From a virus (Duplodnaviria; Caudoviricetes): a stretch of 31,510 nucleotides of DNA. The stretch covers positions 1 through 31,510 of IMG/VR virus record IMGVR_UViG_3300017766_000582; one strand, given 5' to 3'. The translations under genes and the position numbers were made by a program. Position 1 is the first letter of the stretch; every line of letters begins with the position of its first letter. This document shows, in pieces, positions 18,398 to 30,885 of this stretch. The notes beneath the pieces are model-generated. The model saw only the letters and a list, made by a program, of their open reading frames with translations. It ran no database searches and was not told the origin of the DNA.

Positions 18398-18593
18398 CTT
18401 CGACCTTGACGTATGTAAATGTATCTACGTCCAATCTCCATCCATCGTTGGGATTCAATCCTAGTAAACGCATCATTTCTTCATTAGCAACCACAACTTT
18501 GCTGGTTAACTCTTGTTGATACGTTTTTAATAGTTGATTATTACTTTCAATTAAATGGCGTAATGCCAAGGGAACTGGAACCGTTGCTGTCAT
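18378..18593 (-). CDS. Hypothetical protein, 71 aa
   Basis: Has an SD-like AGGAAGG, lies downstream of a sigma70 promoter and overlaps the helicase start. Confidence 0.7.
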   Translation of the reverse strand: MTATVPVPLALRHLIESNNQLLKTYQQELTSKVVVANEEMMRLLGLNPNDGWRLDVDTFTYVKVEDGTSVS

Positions 18594-18618
18594 AATACCT
18601 TCCTGTACTGTTTAATGA

Positions 18619-18647
18619 AATTTAAAATAGAGTTTAATGTTTGTCAA
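18619..18647 (-). promoter_or_regulatory. Sigma70-type promoter for 71-aa ORF and SNF2 helicase
   Basis: TTGACA (18647-18642), 17 nt spacer, TAAATT (18624-18619). Confidence 0.7.
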
Positions 18648-18649
18648 GG

Positions 18650-19099
18650 TTATGGAATAGCTGGAATTGCTGAGTTCGATGATGTCGGTAAGGTAGACGG
18701 ACATCCTACGGTAGACGCGACGTACCCCGCAGTCTCAATACAAACAATACTAAAATGTGACCCAGATGGCCGATTTGCATTAACCGAGGCCAGAGAAGCG
18801 TTGAGACTTGCACACGCTTTTGTTCCAGGAGGACACAACGTATAGCTACTTCCCATATCTCCTCTTGGGCCTGTCACTCCTTGATTTCCTACAGGTGATG
18901 CACTAGTACAATCTGATGCAGATTTGTGAACCCCATTTGTGCCGTTCGTTGGTGTATTAATAACCGATGTTGCAAAAGAAGCGGTTGGAATGACAATTGA
19001 TGCAAATTGTGGTCTACTTGCTGTGACAGCAGATATCGAATAACTGACATTTGCGTTTACTATTAGATTTGAATTACCAAATGGAAAATAATATGTCAT
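18650..19099 (-). CDS. Small virion-type protein with short collagen segment, Cys-containing C-terminus
   Basis: 149 aa. Starts MTYYFPFG and contains TASFA, GNQGVTGPRGDMG and five Cys. It is coupled (TAATG) to the upstream gene. Confidence 0.7.
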   Translation of the reverse strand: MTYYFPFGNSNLIVNANVSYSISAVTASRPQFASIVIPTASFATSVINTPTNGTNGVHKSASDCTSASPVGNQGVTGPRGDMGSSYTLCPPGTKACASLNASLASVNANRPSGSHFSIVCIETAGYVASTVGCPSTLPTSSNSAIPAIP

Positions 19100-19629
19100 T
19101 AGACGCTACTCCCGCAAATATTACCTGTAAGCGTGATAGTTCCAGCTCCATCGGTATTAAATATTGCATTGCTTATCGGGTCCGATAAACTAGTCAAATT
19201 AATTGCAAGTGATGAACACGATGAGTCATAATACAATACCACTCCGTTTGTTAATGAACTTGCATCAGCATAATATGTTTGTGCGAATCCATAATTACAG
19301 GTATAATCTACCCCATTAAACGTAGCAGTACCAAGTGCACTGGTGGTGTAGCATATTGCATTAGACCCCGTACTTCTGGAAATAGATAATAAGTACACAC
19401 TGTTTCCACGATAACCTGTAGGGCCAGTCAAGCCTTGTGGGCCGGTCGATCCGGTCTTAATATAATTTGACCCACTAGCTCCAGTAGAACCAGAAATATT
19501 AAGTGCTAAACTTGCCGTGTTAATCGCTATAGTACCTAAGTTATACAGAAATTCTGCCGTTTGTGTTAAACTTGCACTTGTCGCTGTATTGATAATGTTT
19601 ATTGGTACATTATGAGGAAAAAATTGCAT
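19099..19629 (-). CDS. Small virion-type protein with short collagen segment
   Basis: 176 aa. Starts MQFFPHN and contains TASLA and GSTGPQGLTGPTGYRG. The C-terminal beta-rich domain has four Cys. Confidence 0.7.
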   Translation of the reverse strand: MQFFPHNVPINIINTATSASLTQTAEFLYNLGTIAINTASLALNISGSTGASGSNYIKTGSTGPQGLTGPTGYRGNSVYLLSISRSTGSNAICYTTSALGTATFNGVDYTCNYGFAQTYYADASSLTNGVVLYYDSSCSSLAINLTSLSDPISNAIFNTDGAGTITLTGNICGSSV

Positions 19630-19637
19630 AAATAATC

Positions 19638-19880
19638 CTAGAAAGCGTCTGAGATGCCGCCGGGATCACCCGTTGGTCCTTTACTACCGGTCGCCCCTTG
19701 TGGACCTTGTACATATACACAAATTCCATCAGGACCGTTTATACCCGCTACACCATTAATAGCTTTAGATGCAGTGTAAACTAATATAGCTGAACTTGCT
19801 GTTGCTGCGTAACTAGCGTATGAGGCAGTTAATACTGCTTGTAAGTTTGTTGACCCCGAACCAAATGGATAAAATCTCAT
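19638..19880 (-). CDS. Small virion-type protein with short collagen segment
   Basis: 80 aa. Starts MRFYPFG and contains TASYASYA, GVAGINGPDG and GPQGATGSKGPTGDPG. Confidence 0.7.
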   Translation of the reverse strand: MRFYPFGSGSTNLQAVLTASYASYAATASSAILVYTASKAINGVAGINGPDGICVYVQGPQGATGSKGPTGDPGGISDAF

Positions 19881-19881
19881 A

Positions 19882-20697
19882 TTATTCTTCTGTGGAGAGA
19901 ATGTAGAGTGACGCAGTAATATTTTGGGTAGTGCCTGCTCTATTTTCTAGCTGATACCCAAGCGTTCCAGTTCCAGTAGAAAGTTTTCCAGCTTCCCACG
20001 TATATGCTTCTAATACAGGAACAAATTTATAGGCAAAACTTGCAGTATCAAAAATAATATCGGCAATCAATTGTGATGTGGCAGCCGATGCCGTTCCAAA
20101 TGACCGCGTTTGTTCTGATACAGGAACATCTTCAATTCTAGTTGAATATAATCTTAACCGTGATTCTGATGTGGCGCTACCACTTAGTATTATGAAGCTC
20201 TTCTTGGTAGTAATACTTCCCGATACTCCGTATCCGGTCGTAGGAATAGATGACCCACTTATTACCAATGAAGTGCGGTCGGTTGTACTATCACCAACAT
20301 CTCCGATATCATATACTATCAATTCTACTGTTGTTGGTCCCAACGAACTACTAATATTATACCAAACATCGCCATTCTTAAACGTGTTTCCAATAATAGG
20401 CGGATTCAAGTCAAGATTTAAGGTAGACCCTTGAATCAAACTAATATCAGAAATTAGCCCGACCGAATCATTAATATTGAAATCGGTAGAACTTCTACTA
20501 GCATCAATGTTGATACTAGCACTATCCGAATATAGTCTGATTCGGGTGGTCTTATTTGATGTCGCATTTAATAAAATAAATGCACCGCCGGGACGAGTTG
20601 TCAAAGACCCACTTGCTATTCCTGTATAAAAAGTAGGAATCGCAATTGTTTTTCTTGTAAAACTCGTCCCGGCTAGTACTCGTTCTAAAATACCCAT
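19882..20697 (-). CDS. Ser/Thr-rich structural-type protein with two tandem homologous beta domains
   Basis: 271 aa. The halves SGSLTT..FILL..RIRLYS..R..LISDI and SGSITT..FIIL..RLRLYS..R..LIADI are similar. Confidence 0.7.
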   Translation of the reverse strand: MGILERVLAGTSFTRKTIAIPTFYTGIASGSLTTRPGGAFILLNATSNKTTRIRLYSDSASINIDASRSSTDFNINDSVGLISDISLIQGSTLNLDLNPPIIGNTFKNGDVWYNISSSLGPTTVELIVYDIGDVGDSTTDRTSLVISGSSIPTTGYGVSGSITTKKSFIILSGSATSESRLRLYSTRIEDVPVSEQTRSFGTASAATSQLIADIIFDTASFAYKFVPVLEAYTWEAGKLSTGTGTLGYQLENRAGTTQNITASLYILSTEE

Positions 20698-20723
20698 GTA
20701 TTTCTCTTATGGAAAGGTACCAC

Positions 20724-20731
20724 TATAAATA
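20724..20731 (-). promoter_or_regulatory. TATTTATA putative late promoter heading the four small structural genes
   Basis: Minus strand AGATATTTATAG, 26 nt upstream of ATG 20697. Confidence 0.6.
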
Positions 20732-20758
20732 TCTAATTTAACCAATAATAGACAAATT

Positions 20759-21343
20759 TTACCGATAATGGTCGCCACCAAGCCACAATACGAATGACCG
20801 ACGAGTTCCCTTGGTAACGGCAGATACCCGATGCATCATATATGAAGGGAAAATAACCACGTTTCCACGACCCCGTGGTGCCTGAAGTGGACCATCTCCA
20901 CCCTGCCAAATTTCTAAATCGCCACCTTCGTATTCGTCTGGGGCGGATAATTGTACGGTAATAGACACCTTTCGGAGTGATAACATACCAGGCCCGATGT
21001 CTTGATGCCACCCATAGTGGCCACCGGCAGAAGCGTGATATTCGGTATATTGAATTCCTTCTGGGGCGGTATGTAAGTCAAAATTCCAAAGAACATCATT
21101 GGCTTCAATTGCCATACACATCAACTTATCATATAGCCATTCCCACTTTTCAGACTGCGGAACCCACTTAATTGATGACGAACGAATCTGCTTATTTCCA
21201 CCCACCACGGTTGCTTCTTGAAATGGGATTTCGCCAACTTCCCGATAAATCTTGTCCAACTCTTGGTCAGTGAACCCCTTGTCAAACCAATAATAGTTCT
21301 GTGAATCTACATGCTTTTTAGGAAAGATGAAACTGTGTTGCAT
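20759..21343 (-). CDS. 2OG-Fe(II) oxygenase (prolyl-hydroxylase/PKHD-like)
   Basis: Start reassigned to ATG 21343 (MQHSF, SD AAGGAG), 194 aa. Motifs WHQD (HxD), RKVSITVQLS, YEGGDLE and IFPSYMMHRVSAVTKGTRRS (distal His and RxS). Confidence 0.9.
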   Translation of the reverse strand: MQHSFIFPKKHVDSQNYYWFDKGFTDQELDKIYREVGEIPFQEATVVGGNKQIRSSSIKWVPQSEKWEWLYDKLMCMAIEANDVLWNFDLHTAPEGIQYTEYHASAGGHYGWHQDIGPGMLSLRKVSITVQLSAPDEYEGGDLEIWQGGDGPLQAPRGRGNVVIFPSYMMHRVSAVTKGTRRSFVLWLGGDHYR

Positions 21344-21353
21344 ACATAACTCC

Positions 21354-22025
21354 TTAGTTAGAATATTTAGAAAAGTATATTTCTTTATCGTTTTCGGTGA
21401 CTGGTGAAAATTCTGGATTACGTGAGGTAATCGACCATTCAGTAACACAGAGATTTTTTATAGAGTACACCGTTTTGCCTTCTTTGTTAAATTCTTTTGT
21501 GATATAGTCATCCCCAAACCATACCTTTAATTCATCTGGAATTTCCTTCCAGCTATCTCGTCTCAGTAGAAACAGACATCCCCAACCAGTACCTCTACCT
21601 TCTGTATTTACGATGTTGATGTTTTCTTCTGGTACGCTATGTCGTACGTCATCACACAAAAAACAACTCGTCGATAATCCATATATCCCACTTTCTTTAT
21701 CAAAATGGGACTGATGTGCTGGGAATATACTGGAAATCGGAGGGACGGACCACACATCATCATTCAATACCATTACGTATTCACCAGTTGCAGATTTTAC
21801 TCCAAGATTCCATGCTGGGTTAACATAAATATTCTGTTCCATTCGTAGATGACGAAGTTTATCTATATCCGATAATATTTGTGTTTTTACTGTGTTGTCA
21901 AACGCTGGTTCGTTATCAATCAATATTATTTCTTCGACATACTGAGATTGGTTTAAATCACGTAATACGTCCATAAAATCATTTAAATTTTGTCGCCACA
22001 TCGTTGGAATAATGACCGAATACAT
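21354..22025 (-). CDS. Glycosyltransferase, GT-A fold (GT2-like)
   Basis: Start reassigned to ATG 22025 (MYSVIIPT, SD GAGGA), 223 aa. Motifs EIILIDN, NIYVNPAWNLG, VLNDD and WFGDD. Confidence 0.85.
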   Translation of the reverse strand: MYSVIIPTMWRQNLNDFMDVLRDLNQSQYVEEIILIDNEPAFDNTVKTQILSDIDKLRHLRMEQNIYVNPAWNLGVKSATGEYVMVLNDDVWSVPPISSIFPAHQSHFDKESGIYGLSTSCFLCDDVRHSVPEENINIVNTEGRGTGWGCLFLLRRDSWKEIPDELKVWFGDDYITKEFNKEGKTVYSIKNLCVTEWSITSRNPEFSPVTENDKEIYFSKYSN

Positions 22026-22026
22026 T

Positions 22027-23847
22027 TTAATCCTCGTAAATATAGTTGACATAGTTTTCACCACTACCATATCTACTTGGTACCGACAACGGGTCACTCT
22101 TATTAATTAGATATGGATAATCTTCCACACCAAGTTCCGCAAATCGTTTACTGATGCGTTCGTTATAGTGGTACATTATTGTACGAACTCTACGTTGGAT
22201 GTCAGCCCGAGCTAAGTCGTGAGTATTTTGACCGCTGGTATTATTATAAATAAACTGGATGTATCCTAATTTTGGTATCTTTACAAACTTGGTATGTAGG
22301 AACGTGCGTACTATCAATTCGTAATCATCTGCGATTGCTAAATCACGGTTATGACCACCAATCTCGAAATAAACATCCCGACGCCATGCTCGTACGTGGT
22401 TTGGAACTCCTACGATGTGCCGAATAGTCTTTGGATTGATATTTGAGGTTACGGCAACATCCCAATTACATCCCCGATAATTTACTTTTCTATACTTACC
22501 ATATCCGAGAGAGAATCCTTCCCCGTAAGTAAGAGACACCCAATCCTCAGTTACTTCGACACTATCATTATAGATAAATCCAGCATCTGGGAACTTCGTT
22601 GCTGCATTGATAATGTCTATAGAACAGTTATCCGTTAACAAATCATCGTGGTCTAATTCTGCTAACCACTTACCGCGAGTTAAACAAGCAGCTCTATACT
22701 TCGATTCTCCGATGATTCCCTTAGTCTTTTCTCTAAAATCGTACACTCTAACTCTGGAGTCTTGTGCAGCAATTTGTTCTGCAATTTTTAACGTTCGACC
22801 GCCATCCGATGAATCGTTGACCATTACCCATTCCCAGTTTGGATAGGTTTGTTCTTTTAATGACTCATATGTTCTAAACAGCTTGGTACCAGTATTATAA
22901 ATTGGAGTGAAGTACGAAATTAAATGCTCATTACTTTGTTCCAGTATTTGATTCATCGCACAATTATATGCGATATCTCCAATATTTTCTTGTGTCGGAG
23001 GTATTGTCATCCATTTCTTACGTACTTCTAAATTCGAATAACATAAGTTTGGAAACCGTTTATAATCATCTGATACTGTGATAATCGAGTCGGGCTTAAC
23101 ATTTATCAGAATGTTGTTTAAATGTGTATCATCTTTAGCATATGTAACATCTAAACTAACGTCCTCATAACCCAAATAATTTATACTCTCCAACTTGGGT
23201 TCGTTTTGTCCAATATATAATACCTTCGGTACTCTAGCTTTCTTAACAGGTGTTAAATAATTGTAGAAACAAAGCACTTTGTGAATAAAGTGGAACTCAT
23301 CTGGTACGAGATTATATAGTGGTTCAATAAATCTCCCATCAGCATCATATCCACCTTCATAGGTTTTTAATTGATAAAGTGAAGTATGGAGGGCATATTG
23401 TGCAGAATCTATATGACGAAGCTTCATATGCTCTGGTCCTACTTTACGGATTTCTAGTCCCGTAAAGTCATTTCCACCCACATATTGTTCAAACACAAAT
23501 CCTTTCTTTGTTGGATTCTGTTGGATAGCTTCAAATAGTTGTTCATAGAAATCTGGATGTAGGATATTGTCATCATCCAGAATTGCGACAAACCCTTCCT
23601 CAATTCCTTCTATTACCTTGCTGATTTGTGGATATAGATAATCCGTCCCGTCACTCTTAAGAAAATAAAATCGGGTTTGGTTGTTTTGCAATCTATTCAA
23701 CAACTCAGCATCAATATCCTTAAGCGAAGTAGTATCAAACAGTAAATGCCATACCACATCAAATGGGCTTGGAAATACCGTTTGTTTAATTTTGTCTAGG
23801 TTATGTAACCGAGTACATCTAGTAAATAAATGTAGTTTTAACACCAT
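22027..23847 (-). CDS. Two-domain glycosyltransferase (tandem GT-A/GT2 domains)
   Basis: 606 aa. The N-domain has ILDDDN, IDSAQ and ADG.F. The C-domain has ISYFTPIYNT, SL..QTY.NWEWVMVNDSSD, ELDHDD and DDYEL..R. Confidence 0.88.
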   Translation of the reverse strand: MVLKLHLFTRCTRLHNLDKIKQTVFPSPFDVVWHLLFDTTSLKDIDAELLNRLQNNQTRFYFLKSDGTDYLYPQISKVIEGIEEGFVAILDDDNILHPDFYEQLFEAIQQNPTKKGFVFEQYVGGNDFTGLEIRKVGPEHMKLRHIDSAQYALHTSLYQLKTYEGGYDADGRFIEPLYNLVPDEFHFIHKVLCFYNYLTPVKKARVPKVLYIGQNEPKLESINYLGYEDVSLDVTYAKDDTHLNNILINVKPDSIITVSDDYKRFPNLCYSNLEVRKKWMTIPPTQENIGDIAYNCAMNQILEQSNEHLISYFTPIYNTGTKLFRTYESLKEQTYPNWEWVMVNDSSDGGRTLKIAEQIAAQDSRVRVYDFREKTKGIIGESKYRAACLTRGKWLAELDHDDLLTDNCSIDIINAATKFPDAGFIYNDSVEVTEDWVSLTYGEGFSLGYGKYRKVNYRGCNWDVAVTSNINPKTIRHIVGVPNHVRAWRRDVYFEIGGHNRDLAIADDYELIVRTFLHTKFVKIPKLGYIQFIYNNTSGQNTHDLARADIQRRVRTIMYHYNERISKRFAELGVEDYPYLINKSDPLSVPSRYGSGENYVNYIYED

Positions 23848-23854
23848 ACTCTCC

Positions 23855-24673
23855 TTATACTGAGTAATAATACTCTGGCGTATTAAATAATTCTTTAAGC
23901 TCTTGTGTCAAATTATCTTTGATTTCATATGTTGCTTGTCTATCAAAGATATCTTCAAACTTTGAGATTTTATCTAAAAAATATTCATCTGGTTTGTTTT
24001 GATAGTCCATCAGTTCAGAATGAGAGAAATTATTTAGTTTCTTCCGTATTGAAGATAATCCGCCTAAATAACTAAAATGCCAAGCTGCCCCATAAACAAT
24101 CTTTTTAAACCCAGACATTGGACTATTACGCATTCCTTGAACAGAATGTAAGTGTGTAGAATAGTATTCAAATTCTGTACCCACGAAGTCATAATAGTTC
24201 TTTTTGGTAAACAGCTGTGGACCTGGGATAGTGGTTTTACTATCTACATAGTTTACGTAAAAATAGTTGTTGGTCATCATAAAGGTGACCGGCTTTCCGT
24301 GGTCATATATAAACTGCTTGTCGTAAAACTCGTCGGTGTCGCTTACGATAATAATATCATCATCGCTTTGGTCAGCGATAAATGTGTTAAGATGCTCTCG
24401 CAACTGCCATTCGTTTACCCACGGGCCTTTTGGCCAAGCATATTCGATACCTTTGGGTACGTGTTGAAAATCACTTTTAACTAAATACGTTATCTTGTCC
24501 TTATTTTTCAATTCATCACGAATTGTGGGAAATACTAACTCTCTATCTTCCCCATAAAAGTTTTTATCTGCTTCACACACCACAAACTGGTCCACCTTAT
24601 CATCATAATACTCCAATCGCTTTTTTAATAGTGCGATTTCATCTGAAAAGATGACACAATCAATTACTTTCAT
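23855..24673 (-). CDS. Glycosyltransferase family 17-like (MGAT3 / beta-1,4-GlcNAc transferase-like)
   Basis: 272 aa. IDC..F.DE..LL..RL...VD.FVVCE, W..E...R, DDIIIVSDTDE and WHFSYLGG...I..KL..FSH.E are characteristic GT17-like blocks. Confidence 0.8.
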   Translation of the reverse strand: MKVIDCVIFSDEIALLKKRLEYYDDKVDQFVVCEADKNFYGEDRELVFPTIRDELKNKDKITYLVKSDFQHVPKGIEYAWPKGPWVNEWQLREHLNTFIADQSDDDIIIVSDTDEFYDKQFIYDHGKPVTFMMTNNYFYVNYVDSKTTIPGPQLFTKKNYYDFVGTEFEYYSTHLHSVQGMRNSPMSGFKKIVYGAAWHFSYLGGLSSIRKKLNNFSHSELMDYQNKPDEYFLDKISKFEDIFDRQATYEIKDNLTQELKELFNTPEYYYSV

Positions 24674-24674
24674 T

Positions 24675-25616
24675 TTACCACGCTACATCAAAGAAGAACA
24701 ATTGGAAGAATCGTGCTGTTTCAATGCTATCACCAAAGTAATTAGTAGCGGCGTGTAATGTCTTTGCGTCGAACATTACTAACCGATTATATACGTTTGC
24801 AATACTATCAACTAATTCATAGGTACTGTTATCATAGAAATTCATTTGGCTTGACCGACCCTTGAATGTCCGTTCATACAGTTCTGGATTATCGTCATAA
24901 TTATCGAACCGAGTTGCTCCCGTAATCTTACTACGATACGTAGCTGTTCCAGAATTCAATGGAGCATCGGGAGTGAGATACACCATCGCAGCGTATGTCT
25001 GTGTATCCACGTGGTATACAATTGGGTCAGTTGATGTGCAGTATTGAAACTTTCCATTTGCATATGACGGGTCGTTCCAATTAATAATTTCCTTCCCCAA
25101 GATACTTTCAAATGCTTCTTTGGTTCCATTTAAAATAAACCGCTCTTCACTTCTCTTACCCCGATGATAATCTGACCCAGCAAATGTTAGATTATTCATT
25201 GCGAAAGAACGAATCCAATCTGGGTTATCGTAGAAATTATCAACTACCACAACTCCCTTCTTTTGTATTGGATTAAATCCAGAATAGAATATTGACCACT
25301 TCTCAAATGTGCCAATGTTCTGTACCGATGACCCATCAGCCAAAATAAGACCTACTCTATCCTTGATTTGATTTTTACCAATCGTAACTTCAACGCCAAC
25401 GTGAGGAGTCTTTAAGAACGGGTATACCTTAGACACATCCGGTCGGAAGGTTATACTGGTAGAAACTGGCTGGTCATTGATTGTCACCGACGAGATAGCT
25501 TGTTCGGTATGAGCTATCCATCCTCTGAAGGTGAGCGCATTTCCGTTGACTTCCAGTGAATCCATATACCACAGGATACCGTTAACGTTTGTAAAATGAT
25601 TCATAATATCTTTCAT
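24675..25616 (-). CDS. 2OG-Fe(II) oxygenase (DUF6445-like) with extra N-terminal beta domain
   Basis: 313 aa. VVVDNFYDNPD.IR.FA, YHVD (HxD), MVYLTPDAP..SGT and NVYNRLVMFD...LHAA..YFG...R. The first ~110 aa (GWIAH...RPDVSKVYP) form a separate domain. Confidence 0.8.
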   Translation of the reverse strand: MKDIMNHFTNVNGILWYMDSLEVNGNALTFRGWIAHTEQAISSVTINDQPVSTSITFRPDVSKVYPFLKTPHVGVEVTIGKNQIKDRVGLILADGSSVQNIGTFEKWSIFYSGFNPIQKKGVVVVDNFYDNPDWIRSFAMNNLTFAGSDYHRGKRSEERFILNGTKEAFESILGKEIINWNDPSYANGKFQYCTSTDPIVYHVDTQTYAAMVYLTPDAPLNSGTATYRSKITGATRFDNYDDNPELYERTFKGRSSQMNFYDNSTYELVDSIANVYNRLVMFDAKTLHAATNYFGDSIETARFFQLFFFDVAW

Positions 25617-25630
25617 AGAAACTCCTTAAG

Positions 25631-25712
25631 TAATGTAAAACAAAACGTATTCATACCGCACATATAAGAATTTCTCATATAGCAGTGTGAATACGTACGT
25701 TTGTTTATATTG
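25631..25712 (-). promoter_or_regulatory. Long imperfect hairpin in the leader of the modification operon
   Basis: Minus strand AAACAAA-CGU-ACGUAUUCACAC-UGCUAUAUGAGA(AAU)UCUUAUAUGUGCG-GUAUGAAUACGU-UUUGUUU gives roughly 30 bp. It lies between the promoter at 25755 and the SD at about 25623. Confidence 0.65.
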
Positions 25713-25754
25713 TAATATAACTCATTTATAGTCCTTATCTATTGTAACCTATTT

Positions 25755-29875
<4,121 letters not shown>

Positions 29876-29888
29876 TTAAGAACTACCA

Positions 29889-29924
29889 TATAAATAGGTA
29901 CTATATGAAATCTTAGTATAAATA
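29889..29924 (-). promoter_or_regulatory. Tandem TATTTATA putative late promoters heading the collagen fibre gene
   Basis: Two exact copies, 29889-29896 and 29917-29924. The nearer is 31 nt upstream of the GTG, and both lie just downstream of a terminator. Confidence 0.65.
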
Positions 29925-29945
29925 TCATTTTTTTACCCAAGAAAC

Positions 29946-29970
29946 AAAAAAAACACGCATTTTAGCGTGC
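29946..29970 (-). terminator. Intrinsic terminator after the 135-aa gene
   Basis: Minus strand GCACGC-UAAAAU-GCGUGU followed by a U7 run, about 25 nt after stop 29994. Confidence 0.85.
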
Positions 29971-29993
29971 CTTTTCTGTGTATATGCACTATT

Positions 29994-30401
29994 TTATTCG
30001 TCTTTTAAAATAGGAGTAAGAGCCAATAATGCGGTGGGTTCTAGTTCCATAGATTCTGGAAAGTCGGACAACTTTAATCCTACGTTGCTGACCTCGACCG
30101 TTTGTGATAACAGTTCATCCAGTTCTTGATTGAGAAGTTCAATCTTGTCATTTGGAACCGTGATGGTATTTGGAATTGGATTACCTTCCTTATCTCGTGC
30201 CTCGACCAAATTATCTAAATGGTCACGGGTTGCATACTTTAACCGAATTTCTTTCATCGGTTCTTGTACTTCTTTGGCAAACGGTTCAAGTGAACGAACT
30301 GCGGTAGTCACTTTCCAGGCCAACTTAATTGGAAGCTTATGTTGACTAACCGAACTGAGTGCTCCTAAGACATTCAAAACTTCTAAATTTGTTAACTTCA
30401 T
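29994..30401 (-). CDS. Hypothetical phage protein, 135 aa (helical; possibly DUF1617-like)
   Basis: Has SD GGAGG and its own promoter and terminator. The family resemblance is tentative. Confidence 0.75.
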   Translation of the reverse strand: MKLTNLEVLNVLGALSSVSQHKLPIKLAWKVTTAVRSLEPFAKEVQEPMKEIRLKYATRDHLDNLVEARDKEGNPIPNTITVPNDKIELLNQELDELLSQTVEVSNVGLKLSDFPESMELEPTALLALTPILKDE

Positions 30402-30434
30402 TATAATATAACCTCCAAATAGTTTACTATATCA

Positions 30435-30463
30435 AATATAGTTTGTAAATATGATTTTGTCAA
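30435..30463 (-). promoter_or_regulatory. Sigma70-type promoter for the 135-aa gene
   Basis: TTGACA (30463-30458), 17 nt spacer, TATATT (30440-30435). Confidence 0.8.
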
Positions 30464-30471
30464 GTGCTAAA

Positions 30472-30846
30472 TTATACAGATCCGGTAATTGGTGCTGGCG
30501 ACGGACCTGCAAGATTTTGTCCCCAAGGTGCGGTGTCAACATCTCCCCACGGGTCATTCTTCTTGGTGATTTGCTTTTGAATTTGTTCGTTCACGTGTTG
30601 TTCATATGTTCCTACAACCACTGCTTGAACCCACCCTAATACTTGTTCTTTTGTTAAATCTTCATAGGCGGTAAAACTTCCACTATTTGGTGCAGATAAT
30701 GGAGTTGCTCCTTGGAAAACTCCAGTGGTACCATTTTCATCCGTTCCCGTCTTGCTCCAGCGCACATGCACCAATACATTGTTCATTCCATTGAGTTGTG
30801 GAGCCTTACGCATGTTTGTGATTTCCCACGTGTATGTAATTGCCAT
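30472..30846 (-). CDS. Conserved phage fibre-associated protein, 124 aa
   Basis: MAITYTWEIT.M...VLVHVRW..TGTD...F.AYEDLTKEQVLGWV...PW is a pattern common in small proteins next to phage fibre genes. SD is AGGAG. Confidence 0.75.
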   Translation of the reverse strand: MAITYTWEITNMRKAPQLNGMNNVLVHVRWSKTGTDENGTTGVFQGATPLSAPNSGSFTAYEDLTKEQVLGWVQAVVVGTYEQHVNEQIQKQITKKNDPWGDVDTAPWGQNLAGPSPAPITGSV

Positions 30847-30885
30847 TGTTGTTCTCCTACCAGGTTATCTGGTTCTGTTTGAGAG

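Noticed and set aside
21344-22097. ORF-track starts at 21448 and 22097
   Set aside because: Both overlap upstream genes extensively. ATGs at 21343 and 22025 have SD motifs and match domain starts.
22245-22252. Additional TATTTATA copy
   Set aside because: It lies inside the glycosyltransferase coding region far from any start and is plausibly chance in AT-rich sequence.
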